The notes beneath the pieces are model-generated. The model was not told where the DNA came from. It saw nothing but the letters and a program-made list of their open reading frames with translations, and made no database searches. This document shows positions 14,201-27,899 of a DNA stretch of 64,000 bases, one piece after another. Source of the DNA: Lingula anatina (Eukaryota > Animalia > Brachiopoda); NCBI GenBank assembly GCA_051362555.1, contig CM120649.1, forward strand, positions 17,498,567-17,562,566, written 5' to 3'. Positions within the stretch are counted from its first letter, which is position 1. Each line of letters starts with the position of its first letter. The position numbers and the translations under genes were made by a program.

Positions 14201-17200
14201 ATCATCCCTTGATGTAATCCCGTTTGTTGATAAACCCCACACTGAACGTGAGACAGAACGTAAAAGAACAGCCCTTAAATCCAGGACAGAGTGAAATAAA
14301 TGGCACTGATAAATTCCATTTAAGCCTTAATTAATTGCTTTTATTCGAATCAGTAGCAGTTTTTACGCCATTCAAAGTTTGAATTAGGATAACATTCAAC
14401 AGTGACTTTTTTGACTTAGTTTTTTGTAAACTTGGCTCATGTGAAATGACTGCATGGTAGCAGCTTAATACCGTAATTTTTATCTGCATGGTAACAGTAT
14501 AAGTTTGGACAGTAATATATATTTTTGTTAAATTTTTTTCATTTAGCACTTTGCATGTGTTTGCTTGCTTTAACTGGACTTTTTTTTTTTTTTTGGAGAT
14601 AATTTTTCTTTAACACATACAAAGCGATCATCGACTATTATTACTCTAATACATAGTAAACCAAATAAATAAATGAATAAATAATAATAAAAAAGACAAG
14701 TGTTTACATTCAACAACCAGATACTGCAATACTCACTGAGTTTGGCCCAGGTAAAATAGAATATTCTATAAAACTGTTATCCTTGTCAGCATCTGTAGCC
14801 AGGATGTCAGTGACAATGGTTGTCCCCACTGGTGTTAACTGAAAGATACAATGTTATAAATTGTTACTGTGTTATTAATAAATGTTAAATACAGTGAAGT
14901 GGTCTCCAGTTGAAAGATACAATGTAATTAAATGCTATTCATTGTTACATGCGTTAAGGGAAATGGCTAAAATATTATAGAAATACTAGTGCCATTTTGG
15001 AAATCATTATATTGTTTGGCACCCTTCATATCAGGTTACTAGCACACGGTCATGATGGTTCCAAAATTTTGCTAAGTGTTATAATGTTGCCTTTATAAAA
15101 CTATGCTGAAAAACAATGTTACCAAATGTTATACTTTGTTATAAGTTGTGCATTTGCCTCCCCCCTCCCAACTGGATGAGTGAAATACAAAAAAAATGGA
15201 CAAATGTTCCCAGAAAGTGACTTTCTATGTGTGGAATTCCACAGCGTATACCTTTTTTAGAACTGTTTAATTGAGAAAAAATTGTGTCCAAAAGCTGGGC
15301 ATGTTCCCTTTGTTATAGCATATGTCCATATATGACCTTGGCCAGTACAGTGAGATCGAGAAGTGACAAATCTTTCTGTGAGAAAGTTGAAAAGGTCAAA
15401 AATGTTTTTATGAAGTTATGCCTTTTGTTGTCAACAATGCACACTGTGAATGGAACATATAAACAGAAAAATGTGTCAGCTACATTCTTGAACAAACTGT
15501 TTATGATAAAGGCAATGATTTTGTCAACAATCTGAAAGTAGACCAAATTTTCTGGTCAGTGGACATGGCACATCTCACAACAGGTAATAAACCATGTAGC
15601 ATGCAGGTCTTGTTCACTGTAAAGATGGAGATTTTGTCCTGTCTTTTGACACACTAGCAGATGCCCTTTGTCAGCACTTCTTGTTTACATCAATCACACA
15701 TCTTACAGCTACATATGTACATGTACTTTTGTTAATTTTAATAATAGTTTACAGTATATTAGGAAAACACCCTTTAGCGCTACAGTGGTAACATTTTCAC
15801 TAATGCATTCCATTTGAAGTAATAAATTAATTGCACTTTGAATTGGGCAAATTTGACTTTGATCTTAACAACAGTAAGAAGTACAGTAAATGTATTATAT
15901 GGCATTTTATAGAAATCTTTTCTTGCTTAAATATAATTGGAACAAGAAGAGAAATTGATCTGTATTTCAAAGTGGAAATTAAATGGTAAATACTTGGTGC
16001 CGTTAGGTCAAAGGACATTAAATAGATCTCAAGAAAGTGGTAGAATATGAATATTTATTCATCCTGCATCAAAGTAAAATGAATGCAGTATCATAATGTA
16101 ATTTAAGCCAAACTATAAACAGTGAGCCGGCCTTCAGTTGAAAATAAAATAATTGGACAGCAAAGTTAGTATCCGTGCAATTAAGACATTAACGGGTCAT
16201 AAATGCAGTGCATTATATTACTGTATTATACTGGCACCGTCTTTATTGGAGCCAAAATGCCCATTTAAACCCATAGTGCATTTGTTTCAATGGGGGCGTC
16301 TCGATAGTCCGAAGGTTCATTAGTCCGAAGGTTCATTGGTCCGAAAAGTGGTAACATTTTCATCGATTTTTTAATCAAGGGTTCATTGGTCCGAAGGTTC
16401 TATAATGAACATTCGGACCAATGAACCTTCGGACTATCGCTACGGCCCCGTTTCAATATTGACGCAGTAAGGTGTACATAGGCAATTGACACCAAATGTC
16501 TCTGCCATTTGCACCATTATGTGAACTCTCACATCCAAATTCCCCAACTTCCTGCCTCATTTTCTGCTGTTCAAATATCACAACAATCAGTTACAACAAC
16601 CAAAGTGCAATACTCATGAAAACTGTTATTGCAAGGAGGGCTTATTTTTGATTGTGTCAAGATTTTAAGGCTGCGGTCGTTTTTAAAAAGAGCATTAATG
16701 TTATTTGACTTTCTTTTCCCCTCGAGCTAGCAACATGCACTTCTACAATTAGCAGTCTGCTGTAAATTTTACCATCTTTCTACACCAGAACCGTTTCTTT
16801 ATTCATGTCATTTATTGATTTATTAAACTTGCTTCTTGCAAGGAGTTATAACTCCTTGCTTCTTGTCAGCTATCTCAACCAATGCCTCAGGCCGATAAGA
16901 CACCTTTATCCATACAAATTTAAAATGTACAAGTACCTTTTCGCCTTGTACAATATATTTGTAAACTTAAGTACACATTCAAGTAAGTAAGTGCATTGAA
17001 ATAATCAGCAGACATGATATTTTCTATTAGGAACTGGAGCTGTGCTGTCTGAAATACAGACCTTTTTATTAAAGATAAACTTCAAGTACATTACATCTAG
17101 TGGTGGGAAATGCACAGTCTGCCAAATTAGATAGCAGAGAATAATAGAAAAAAATTCCCTGGTAATTATCACCATCATCATCCAGCCTGTTGTCGTGTTT

Positions 17201-20200
17201 ATTTCTATAAGTGATTACATATCTTCAGGGCCAAATAAATGAGCATTTCCTTGTCAGCTTTACAAACATGAACTTTTAACTTCAGCAGAGCATTTTTTCC
17301 TTGTAAATGAAAGAATTTTGCTTGAAATATGATCAAATTGTTACTCTAGAATCATCAAAGTTCAACACGACAATGGACGGGGACCTTTTGAACCAGGTCT
17401 TGTTGTGATATAATGCTTGTAATACAAACCGTATCATTTGAAATGTCAGAGCCAGGCTATCAAAATGAAGGGAAGGGGGCACTTGCTAGCTTCCTTTTGG
17501 TGAGGGTCAGGGATTATTGTGAGTTAAAGCAGACCAAGATTTTTTTTCATAAATTCAAAGGGATAACAACTATTTATTTTGGTGGTAAAAGTGCCATCAA
17601 ATGGATTTTCCTGGGGTAAATGACAACTTTCCCATTCTTACATTGTACCAATGGTTAATGAATCCCTTTCAACATCAGATTCAAAGTTACTCATTAAGTT
17701 TTTTTTTTCTTTTTTAAGTGTGTTTTATGTAATAATCTCTTTAGAGATTATTATGGAGGGTACCTTTCTATGAAGGCCTATATGTGGTTCAACGGCAAGC
17801 ACAGATTTCAGAGTAATTGCGAAAACTACCATTTTGGTGGTAAAATGGAATTCATTATGTATTTCTAAGTGTTGTTTACAATTGTTTTTATTGCGGAATT
17901 TTGAATACCATATGAAGACTTGTCATCCCTTTAAAAACAACTTTCTGACATAAGGCCTTTATATCCTCAGGTAACAGATTGGATAGACCTTTTTTTTATA
18001 CATTTGGATCCTTTCTGAACCCTACAATTTGGTGACCACTGATGAGACTAGCAGTTGTGACCTCTAGGTGACAATACAATATTACCCTATATATATATAC
18101 CGATACCTTTGGACAGTATATAACCAAGGACCAGTCAAACACTACAGAAGTTAATTGTTAGCACATACTAAAAAGGTCAAGGAAGGGAGGAAGATAAAGT
18201 AATATATGGGTGTACATGTACACCTCATGTGGTCATTATGTTTATCTTGTAAAAATTAGGCCGATGGGTGTATCGCCACTGGCAATGTGCTCTGTACAGT
18301 AACACATGTAGTATTCTTCCCTGCATGTGGTTGGAATAATTGCGCTATATTATTATTAGTCATTATTTTTAAATTTTGTGTGTGCATGGGCATATAATGA
18401 CATCCCCAGCTATCTTTGTTGGCTGCCTTTATCATTTCGGTTGTATTTTATTCTTTTTTAACTGCAGAGATTATCAACCAATTATATATAACATGTATTT
18501 GATCAATATTTGTAAGATGCTTATCTAACAAGAATACAGGCAACAGGGTCAATTTATTAATTATAATTCTTGTTTGATGCATTATTTCTTGTAGTACTAT
18601 TTTTGTGCTTAAACTTTTTTAAAATTACATTTTTTTTCTGAGATACATGTAATAGGGTGGGTTTCATGTGATACGTTCGGCACCTCTTTACAAAGTGAGA
18701 TTTACAGAGGCTGACCGTCACCTTGAGACACCGACCCAGTGATTGTCGCAAATGCGGTAAACAAAGTGAAGTGTGGGCAAACAGGTATGGCATGCGTCAT
18801 GATCTTTTTGTGCCTGGGCTGTCAGCTACACTGAGTAGGAAGGGGAAATATTATTATAAGGGTTTAATGGTATTTAAAAGTCAGTTACTGAATACCTCAT
18901 TTCTGAATAAAGCTTATACTAGTATATGCTGCTTAGCTGTGTAAAATGTTTTTACTAGTCTGAGTATGGTGCTGATATGAATTAGAGAGTGGGAACAATA
19001 GCTTATTTTGATAACCACTGTATGTACACCTATATCAGGGTAGGTCAAAAGAATCAGGAATATTTTGATGACGAAACCTTTGAAAAAAAATACTGCATTA
19101 GTTTTTATATTGATACTGGTATAACAAAAAGGACGACAGGGTTTAAGAAGCCCCTCCCCCCCAACTCAAATTCCCTGCCAAGGGTCTAGATGATTATACT
19201 TAATTATTTACTTAATTTTTTTCACATATTAAAGAATTTGCCCCTATGTTACACGACGAGCTCCTCCTAACAAGTAAACACTCCCCCCTCATCCACTCTG
19301 ACCTATACATTGACACAAGGGATTGGAGTAGAAAGAGGCGATGGCAAACTTGACATATGCTAAGAAGAACCTTGTATGCCCTGTCATAGAGTTGGTGTAC
19401 CAACAGCATGGGAAAATGCTACCTGTGCAGATATTGAATTTGTGCTGGGGTTGGAAGACTTAGAGGTTAGATTTTTAGGCCCTTTTCACATGGAGCTGGA
19501 GGAAAGATTGCATCTGTTATGTCCAGTTAAATGTACTGTTTCTTTTCTTCTTTTTTCTTTTTGAGGTGGATGCCGAGGGTAGCATTAATAATTATCACTA
19601 TTGCTAAAAAGGCTCTGATCTCTAAATTGTCCAATTACTGGGCCACTGCACAAGAAATCATTCATTGATTTCACCATACAATTGAGCCTTGTTGTTGATT
19701 TAGACCTGGTGCCTATTTTATTCACTTTCCTATAGATCAATGTCAGTCTCTTAATTACACAATTAATAGGGATGACGGGGTCTAGGTGCAAACTCTGGAG
19801 TACCTGCCACATGTGAAACATAGGTAAATCCATCACATTACAATGTCTACAATAGGGCACCTTTGTATATGTAGATACCACAAGCCCCAAGTATCAGCAA
19901 TTGCTAGAGGTCTACCATGAATATCTGCATGCATCTGCATATTCCAGTGACAGTGCTGGTTTTTGACGATACATTTTTTACAATAATAGCAGAGTTAGGC
20001 TACTCCCTACTTATTTTTTTCTTTTCCATCCCAATTTTTTTTTTTATTTTTAACTGGTTTCTTTGTATATTTGATACTGTATCTGCAACTACTGTCCAAT
20101 GGACACAAGCAATTTCAAAGACCACCATTGTCACAAATCAGCCTAATAGCCAACCCAGTCTTTTCCCCTACACCAATATTTCAAAGTGTCAAGTCCACAA

Positions 20201-23200
20201 AAGACCAGTAATAGAACAGGGACATTAACTGACCTCCCCATGCAGTAGATCACTGCTTCCTCAAAAGGAGCACTTTATTCTAATGAAGTGCACTCTTCTA
20301 GTGAGTACAATGTATATAAGAAGTTCTGAAACTCTCTTGTTACAATAGTACCCATTAGGGGTGATAATCTATTGGAAGAATTTAATATGGTCAGACCTCC
20401 ATGAGTATTTTGATTAGTTTCTCACAGGTATTTAATTTATTGACCACTACTCAGGGACATATATGACAATGTTACCATTTAACTCATGGGATCATCCTAA
20501 GGCTTAAAGAGTCAAGAAATCAGCCTCTTGATATCTTATTGAAAATGGACCCTGATCTTATAATGTCACAGCAATGATGCCACTTCACACTAGCCACTGT
20601 CCTAAACAAATTTTAAGCTTGCAGCAAATTTGTGGCAGATTTGCTGCAAACTAAACTGTTTACAAGAAACTGTCTGCAGGTTGTCCCAAGGAAAATTACA
20701 GTTGCTGCAAATTTAAGGAAGAGTGAAAGTTTGCTGGAAGTTTACAAGAAAGTCTTCAGACATGAGCCTAGGTTAAAAAAAAAAACATCTGAACATTTAT
20801 TGAATCTTAGACAAGACGAATCTCAGGAACCATCAGAATTGAATTTAAAAATGCTGAACTCCAAGTTTCTGTGGAAAAAGCTAATGCCTGTCATTTGCAT
20901 GGTAAATTCCTTTTTGCAAATTTGCTGCAGACTCAAATTTTTTCTAAGGGAGTAGTGTTTCTTTTACCAAAAAAGAAACATTTTTGTCATTCATCGATAT
21001 AATCCCCATTGTGAGGATTCTGTATATTTGCACGTTTCACTTACCTCTGATATTTCTACTGTATAAACAGGTTTCAGGAATATTGGTGCATTGTCGTTGA
21101 TATCGGTGACTATAACTGTTACCCTGACTGGGATCTGGAGCATAATAATAATAATGATAATAATAATAATAATAATGTATGTTCACCACGTGAAGGTGCA
21201 GAACATAATCCAAAAATTCACGATCACCATTATGAAAATAAATAAAAATAATAAAGTTGCGATTTCACCCCCATTTTTTGAACCCACAAATAAAAATGGT
21301 CTTATCTAAAACACTTAGTCTGTATTCATGTACTTTACATCAAATAAAAAGGATATAAGTGACTTAATAGAACTTCCAACGAGCACACATGTACTTTTCC
21401 GAACACGTGCTTCAGATTCAAATTCCATTGACCGCCATTTCTCCTGGCATCTTTCTCGTGTATCCTAACGCACGCGTCCTAAGTGCCACAAGTAAGCTGT
21501 AACGCGCGTATAAATTTTGACTTACGTTTAAAACTTGTGCTCCCTTTACCACACAATCTAGCACGATATATATCGATGGGACGTTCGTACTGTTGTCTAA
21601 ATCTACTGGTTTCTTCAGTATGATGGCTCTGGTGGCGCTATTGAAGTCTAGATATTCGCTAGGGGTTTTAATCCTCAGGTCTATTTGTTGTGGTGTACCC
21701 GTTAAGTTCACGTAATCAATGACAGAACCTTTAAAAAGGGAAAGTATAATAATCATTATAGTGGGATTATTCGATTATGTCGCATATTATATAAAAATCA
21801 ATACACCTTGAGAATGATTAAAAATTTGAAAATACTGAAACAGTACGACAATATTTATATATGGTCTTCTCACTTATAAATGAAACGGAAGTGTCTATTT
21901 ATTTATTTATTAATTTATTAATTTATTTATTTGTGCTTACCGTTTGTTATATCTTCTCTGACGCCCTGAATAAAGACGACGGGGGCTCCGGTGCCTATTT
22001 CATTGCACAAGCTGGGGTCAGGGTCTGTGGAATAGAAACAAATAAAACAACATTCATACCACTAATGTATATAACAAGTTTTTTTCCTATAACATCCCGT
22101 ACTGACCGAAAAGCAAATGACAAAAGAGAAAAAAAAATACTACAGGAGTGCATATAATATAATTTTCATAACAATTAGGTATGTTTTTGTTTGGAGTCTT
22201 CCTCTCAGACGAAAGTTGGGCAAAACTTACAGACTTACAGATTTTATCTAAGTATGTGACCTAAGATATATTTGTCGGCGTCCCTCTAAATAAAATATGA
22301 CGCTTGTGTTTTAAAAGTGATCCGTATTTCGAACCAATAACTACTAATTTTGCATTAGTGTACTGTTTCAGATTTAGTGGGCCTATATGTTCGGTTTAAA
22401 ACTTCAGCTCTCTTTTCAGTATTTAGTAAAAATCGTGTTTTTGTAGAACTTGGCATGGGTGGTGCCTTCTTGTCTTGATAATTAAAAACAGTAAGCTTAA
22501 TACAAACACAACAAAGCCCCTGGGTTCAGATCCCTATCTCCCTGATCTTGACGAGATTTCTAACACTAATCTCATGGAGACTAATGGAAAAGCGAGGCGG
22601 GGCGGCGGTCAGGAAAAACATTCCGTAAGTCCGGTCGATGTCGGGGCTCGCGCGGCCCGTCCGCCCTTATTAGTGTTTGTAGAGTGACCTGTTGTCTCCT
22701 CGTTAATATGAGTAAATAGTATATTATATTCAGTACGTGCTGGATCGAAAAAGATAACCTGTGATTTATTTATTTACTTACTTATTTTACCCCCTCCCAT
22801 CTTCGATCAAAACTGGACAGGTAATTTCATCATCAACTTTGTTATTTATTTCAATATATTTATTTATCTATCTCCAGTTTTATTTGTTTATCTTCTTAAT
22901 ATAAATAATTAATTTTGTCAGCTAATACTGTTTCAGACCCTTTCCCATAAATATCTGTAACGGTACGCCAAGTTTGCGATTACAAGTTATGAATGTGGAC
23001 ATTTTAATTAACCTTTTCCACTTTAGGGTAAATGTCTTCATCACTTAAAAACAATGAAAAATACCGAGAATTATTTCCACTGATGCTATCAGATACAGAC
23101 GGGGGCTATATTACAATGATCGGCGGTCATCGGGATGTCACGAAAAGTCCAATCACACGAACCCCTGTGTCGGCTCGTTTTTATGAGTACGATCAATTTC

Positions 23201-23696
23201 AACGTGATTGACATGACAATGTAAAGCGAGAGATATCAGAAAAATAAAGAGACGGAGAAAAAGTTTGTGCCCATGGTCCTCAGCCGGCCATGCCACCTAT
23301 GTTTTTTTTTCATTTTGAAGTGAGAGAGAGAAAGAGAGAGAGAGAGGGAAGGGGGGAGAACTTTAAGCTCTTCAAAGCGTTTGTGTAGCCGACCGACTCA
23401 AGGTAATATTTACTTGTTTGAGCGCTCCCTATGAAATCTGTATCTTAAATCATTCACCTACAGCTGTTAATATTGAGATAAATAACGTCATCTTAAAGTC
23501 ATCTTAATTGTCATCCACTTTTATATCATTATCAGTACAATATGATGAAGATAAAGAGGTGTAATTAGTATCTGGTGAAGTAGGGCAAAGTTTACACAGC
23601 GAGTTAAAAACTCTTACAACTGCATTGTCTTCAGCCCATCCACTTTATTAATAAAATTTTTGCGACAATAATTTGGCATAGTTCATAGATTTGGGC

Positions 23697-23729
<33 letters not shown>

Positions 23730-26700
23730 TAGCCTTATCTAACCTCAGCGCTTAGAAGGAGATGGAAACGGCGCATTTTTTTTTTTTTTTTTTTTTTTTG
23801 AGGGTGGGGGGAGGGGCGATCTTTCCTTCTGAATCGATCAGTGGAAATTACAATGAATTCCAAACCCCAGAGACAAGCTTTCTGATGCCTATTGGTTGAA
23901 TAGAGATCAAAGAGGTAAACGAATTCCTGAAAAATTTTTTCTCTGGCGGAAATAAATTGACTGATGGGGGAGAGGGGGGGGGGTGCGGGAGGTGGGGGGG
24001 GGGGGGGGAGAGAGGGCGCGTATATACGAGCGCGAAACGAGAGCGTCTCGGTGTCGGATTATGACCTTGGGCAAGTTGACTCTGAATAGCGCCGATGTGA
24101 TCACTGATATACCACACACAAGGGACAAATTCAAAACTGCTGATATATGCCGTAGTACTAAATTAGATGTCTCTGTATACTTAAAACGCTATTTGCTTTT
24201 CAACTGTTGTGACTCATGTGCTGTGAAAAAAAAACTAATTAAGTCTCGACTGGTTGACATTTCAACTTAGATCAGTTGGCATTTAAAACTAAATTGAAAA
24301 CTGATGAAAACCCGTTGAAGTTGTACTCTATTTAATGCCTGCCTTATCGAACCCTTTGATACTGTCAAAATCACCTAATCAAAATACAGGTGTGTTAATG
24401 TATACACCAACAGGTGTGTCGTGTCTCAGAGTTAATTGCAATTCAAATTAACTTAATTAGACTACGGAAAGTGACCTAATTAGTTGTAACATATGCCAAA
24501 TCATGTAGAGGATATCCACGAAACCATGTTTAGAATGGTAAACTCTTATATTATTTTACATGGCGACCACCTACAAAATCCTGCACAATGACAAGGAAAT
24601 AATAGGAGAACGTTACTCATACAAATGTAGGCCTACCAAGCCCCATACACTGTAGGCCTACATCATCATCATCAGGCTGTCCTTCGTTACCGAAGATGAC
24701 TGTCTGAGTTGAGCTAGAGGCTCTTCACAGGCAGGCCCTCATGTGGGCTTTGAGACCAGCTTGGGATTTGTCCCATACACTGTACAGTAGGCCTACAACA
24801 CCCTACTCAGTCCCAGAAACTATTTTATCAAAACAACCATAGGTGTTTGGATTTTAACAACAGAATTGGTAAACAGTTAAGGGTTTGTTCTTTCTGTATA
24901 TTGTGCCTTATCCTACGAGTGAGAAAAGAATGAAGAAACATGCTTTTCAAAAAATACACGGGATGCACTGGCGTGTAAAAAGCAATGCGACCTGTAACTT
25001 GGGAATGGCGCTGTCACAATACACAATATCGACTTCAGCGACAGTTTTGAAAAGTATTCAAGGTGTTTTGGTGTGTTTTTTTTATTCCTCTCAAACCTAC
25101 CATCATATTGAGCTATCGAGTGACAAAGAGCGGACAAAAGATCAACTGTCCCGCAGACAAATAAGGCAAAAGGAACCGATCTGAGGGCAGTCGTGTTTTT
25201 CTTCTGTAAGTCACGGCTGACAAAGTCGTAAAAACTGAAAACGCCTTAGAGTATAAAAGAATTTAAAAAATGCCACCCTTATGGAATGAATCATATTACA
25301 ACAAAAAGCTAACCACATTAGATGAAAAAAATACATAAATCAAAAAGATATTGAACACCACGAGTAGTAAATGACCATGTTTAGAATTTCGTTGCTAGGT
25401 ATTGAAAATGGCTATGGTTCGAGGGTGAAATGGCTGCACCAGTAAGGCACGGACTGTAAACCATGTGGTCTCTGGTGCGCATCTACATAATGTACAAAAT
25501 GGCAATGACCCTGTATCCCCCTCCGCCTTAGGCATATATAAACTTCAACAAATGTTCTGATATATCTGAACGTAGAATAGGCCTAAACTCCAACATGAAA
25601 TTTGGAAAATCGAAAAATATTTGGGCTTCTTGGCACGATGAGAGTAGGGATTACGTTATCTTATAAAAAAAAGAAAATACTGCTAAATATACTCTGAAAA
25701 GCTAATCATTCTCTACAAAAATACTAGTTTCACTTTTGAACCGTTATTTGCCGTTGAAATCAGAATCGTTGGAAGAAGTATGACTTTATTTAAGGGACTG
25801 AACTGGGCGTTTTGCCATCACGTGAGGGTGCGCAAGTGCAGTTAACACCGCTTCCGTAGCAGACGACACTAGACGAGCGGCACAGCCCTGATCGTCTGCG
25901 TGACACAGATGATATATGACAGTGGAATTATTAACCCCTAGGGGGAAAAACCGTCAGAAAGGGGGGACAATTTCATAACTAGGACGACAATCCAGTGGTT
26001 TTTGTACAAATGTGATACTGATATGACAAAATTTTCATAGTTTGCCTGCACCTTTTTTTTTGTTCTCACAAAGTAGCAGTGACATGTGACGCCATTTATT
26101 TCAGATCTTGTACGGGTTTAAACTGAGAACCGGCGGGGTCTACGCAATAATAATAATAATAATAATAAACGAAACAAAGTGTGTTCATTACTTTTGAGAC
26201 TTGATCAATCCTGACTCGACAATAATTATTTGTACTTGCAGTTTTTTTTTCTTTCTTTTTTTCTTTTTTTTTTTTGCATTGGAGGAACGACTAGCAAGAC
26301 TCTCTTCACAGGAAGGCTTGCAGTGTAATTTGTGTAATTGCACATACAGTCACCGTGTCACTTGAGATAAAAGACGTGCTTATAGTGCCATGCCCCAGAA
26401 GTGTTCGTTACGTTTCTGAATTCTCTGGACGAAATTGATGAAGGTAAAGTGACTTTGGTTGAACCTTTAACAGCGGTAGAAAACGGAGAATGGGCACCAG
26501 CTTCTACCAGATGTTTAAATTTAAAAACGTTTCATGGGACACGATGTTGAGTAACAGTTTTATTGGGTCTACATCATTAAAAACATGCACGTCTGACCAG
26601 CAAGCAGGAGAGTACTAACAAAACCATATATTGCTTTATCATACAGAATCATAATAAGAAAAGAAACACAAATATACATTTACTTAATCCGCGTAGCCGG

Positions 26701-27846
26701 CGGTATCAGGGACGTAACGCACGTTTTCTAACGTGGGGACTTTCACACCACAAGTGTCGATGTGATTCACACAGCCCCTCTTCAAACTGTTTTATCAACG
26801 CTCCATGCATCCAACAGAGAAAGTGTGTGTACATGAGAACCAGAGACGTGTTGGCCGTGTTTGTTTTACTGCCAGTGTAAACAGGGCGCATTGCTTCGCT
26901 CGCGTCAACAAATAGAGACGAAACAACACGAACTTTCATATTTTCCTTTTACTGTTGTGAAGTTTGTCTAGTGTTTATTTTCTTTTTTTTTCCACGTACC
27001 GGAGTGTATCAAGAATCAGTTTCTTTCATTACATCGTATGTGCACCTGTACTAGAGCTGGTCGCCGGTGTTGCTGTTACCAGAAATATTTTCAATTTTGT
27101 AATCTAATTTTTTAACCCCTGAACATCGATTTCGTTTGGGGTTTCTGCAAGCAAAAGGCACCCTGAGCTTCAGAGCTAACTTGACACTAACCTTTTCACT
27201 GTAGCCTATCTCCATCGTGTCAAGTAACCTCTGACGAAAATAGTTTGACCTATTTTATATAAGCCAATCGAATCCATGTTTCAAAATTTTTCACCAAAGT
27301 TTGGTGAAAACGCTGATTGGTTGATCGTCAATCGGCAATCCTCGGCTGATTCCGCAAGCTCCATACTAACAACATAGTTATTGTCGAGTGCGGAGACATC
27401 CGAGTAGTTCCGAGTGGTTCCGAGTGCATAACCGTACACAAAGAAAGCGTGGAGTATATCGGAATTGAAACCAGAGCAGTATGATGCCCTGCATCATTAT
27501 CTACTGAGGGATGATGTATTTTGCGTGCTGCCCACAGGTTACGGCAAGTCCCTGATATTCAGCCTTATCTTTGATTGGTCCGGATTTGAACAAAGCGCGC
27601 TTTGACTCGTTCGCGTTCATTGGCTAGATCGTTCAATGAGTCATTGAGTGCGGGCTTTAAATTTGATTGGCGGGCGGCGGGGGCACTCGAATCTGGTCAG
27701 AGGTTACTTGACACGATGGAGATAGGCTACAGTGAAAAGGTTAGTGTCAAGTTAGCTCTGAAGCTCAGGGTGGCAAAAGGAGGCCTTTGCGATAAATTTG
27801 TTTTTGAAGGTAGTTTTGTGTTTGAATGAATACTCCACTGTGTGTA

Positions 27847-27899
<53 letters not shown>

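Noticed and set aside
23965-24016. G-rich tract with G-quadruplex potential
   Set aside because: Poly-G runs are common throughout this window; nothing specific supports function
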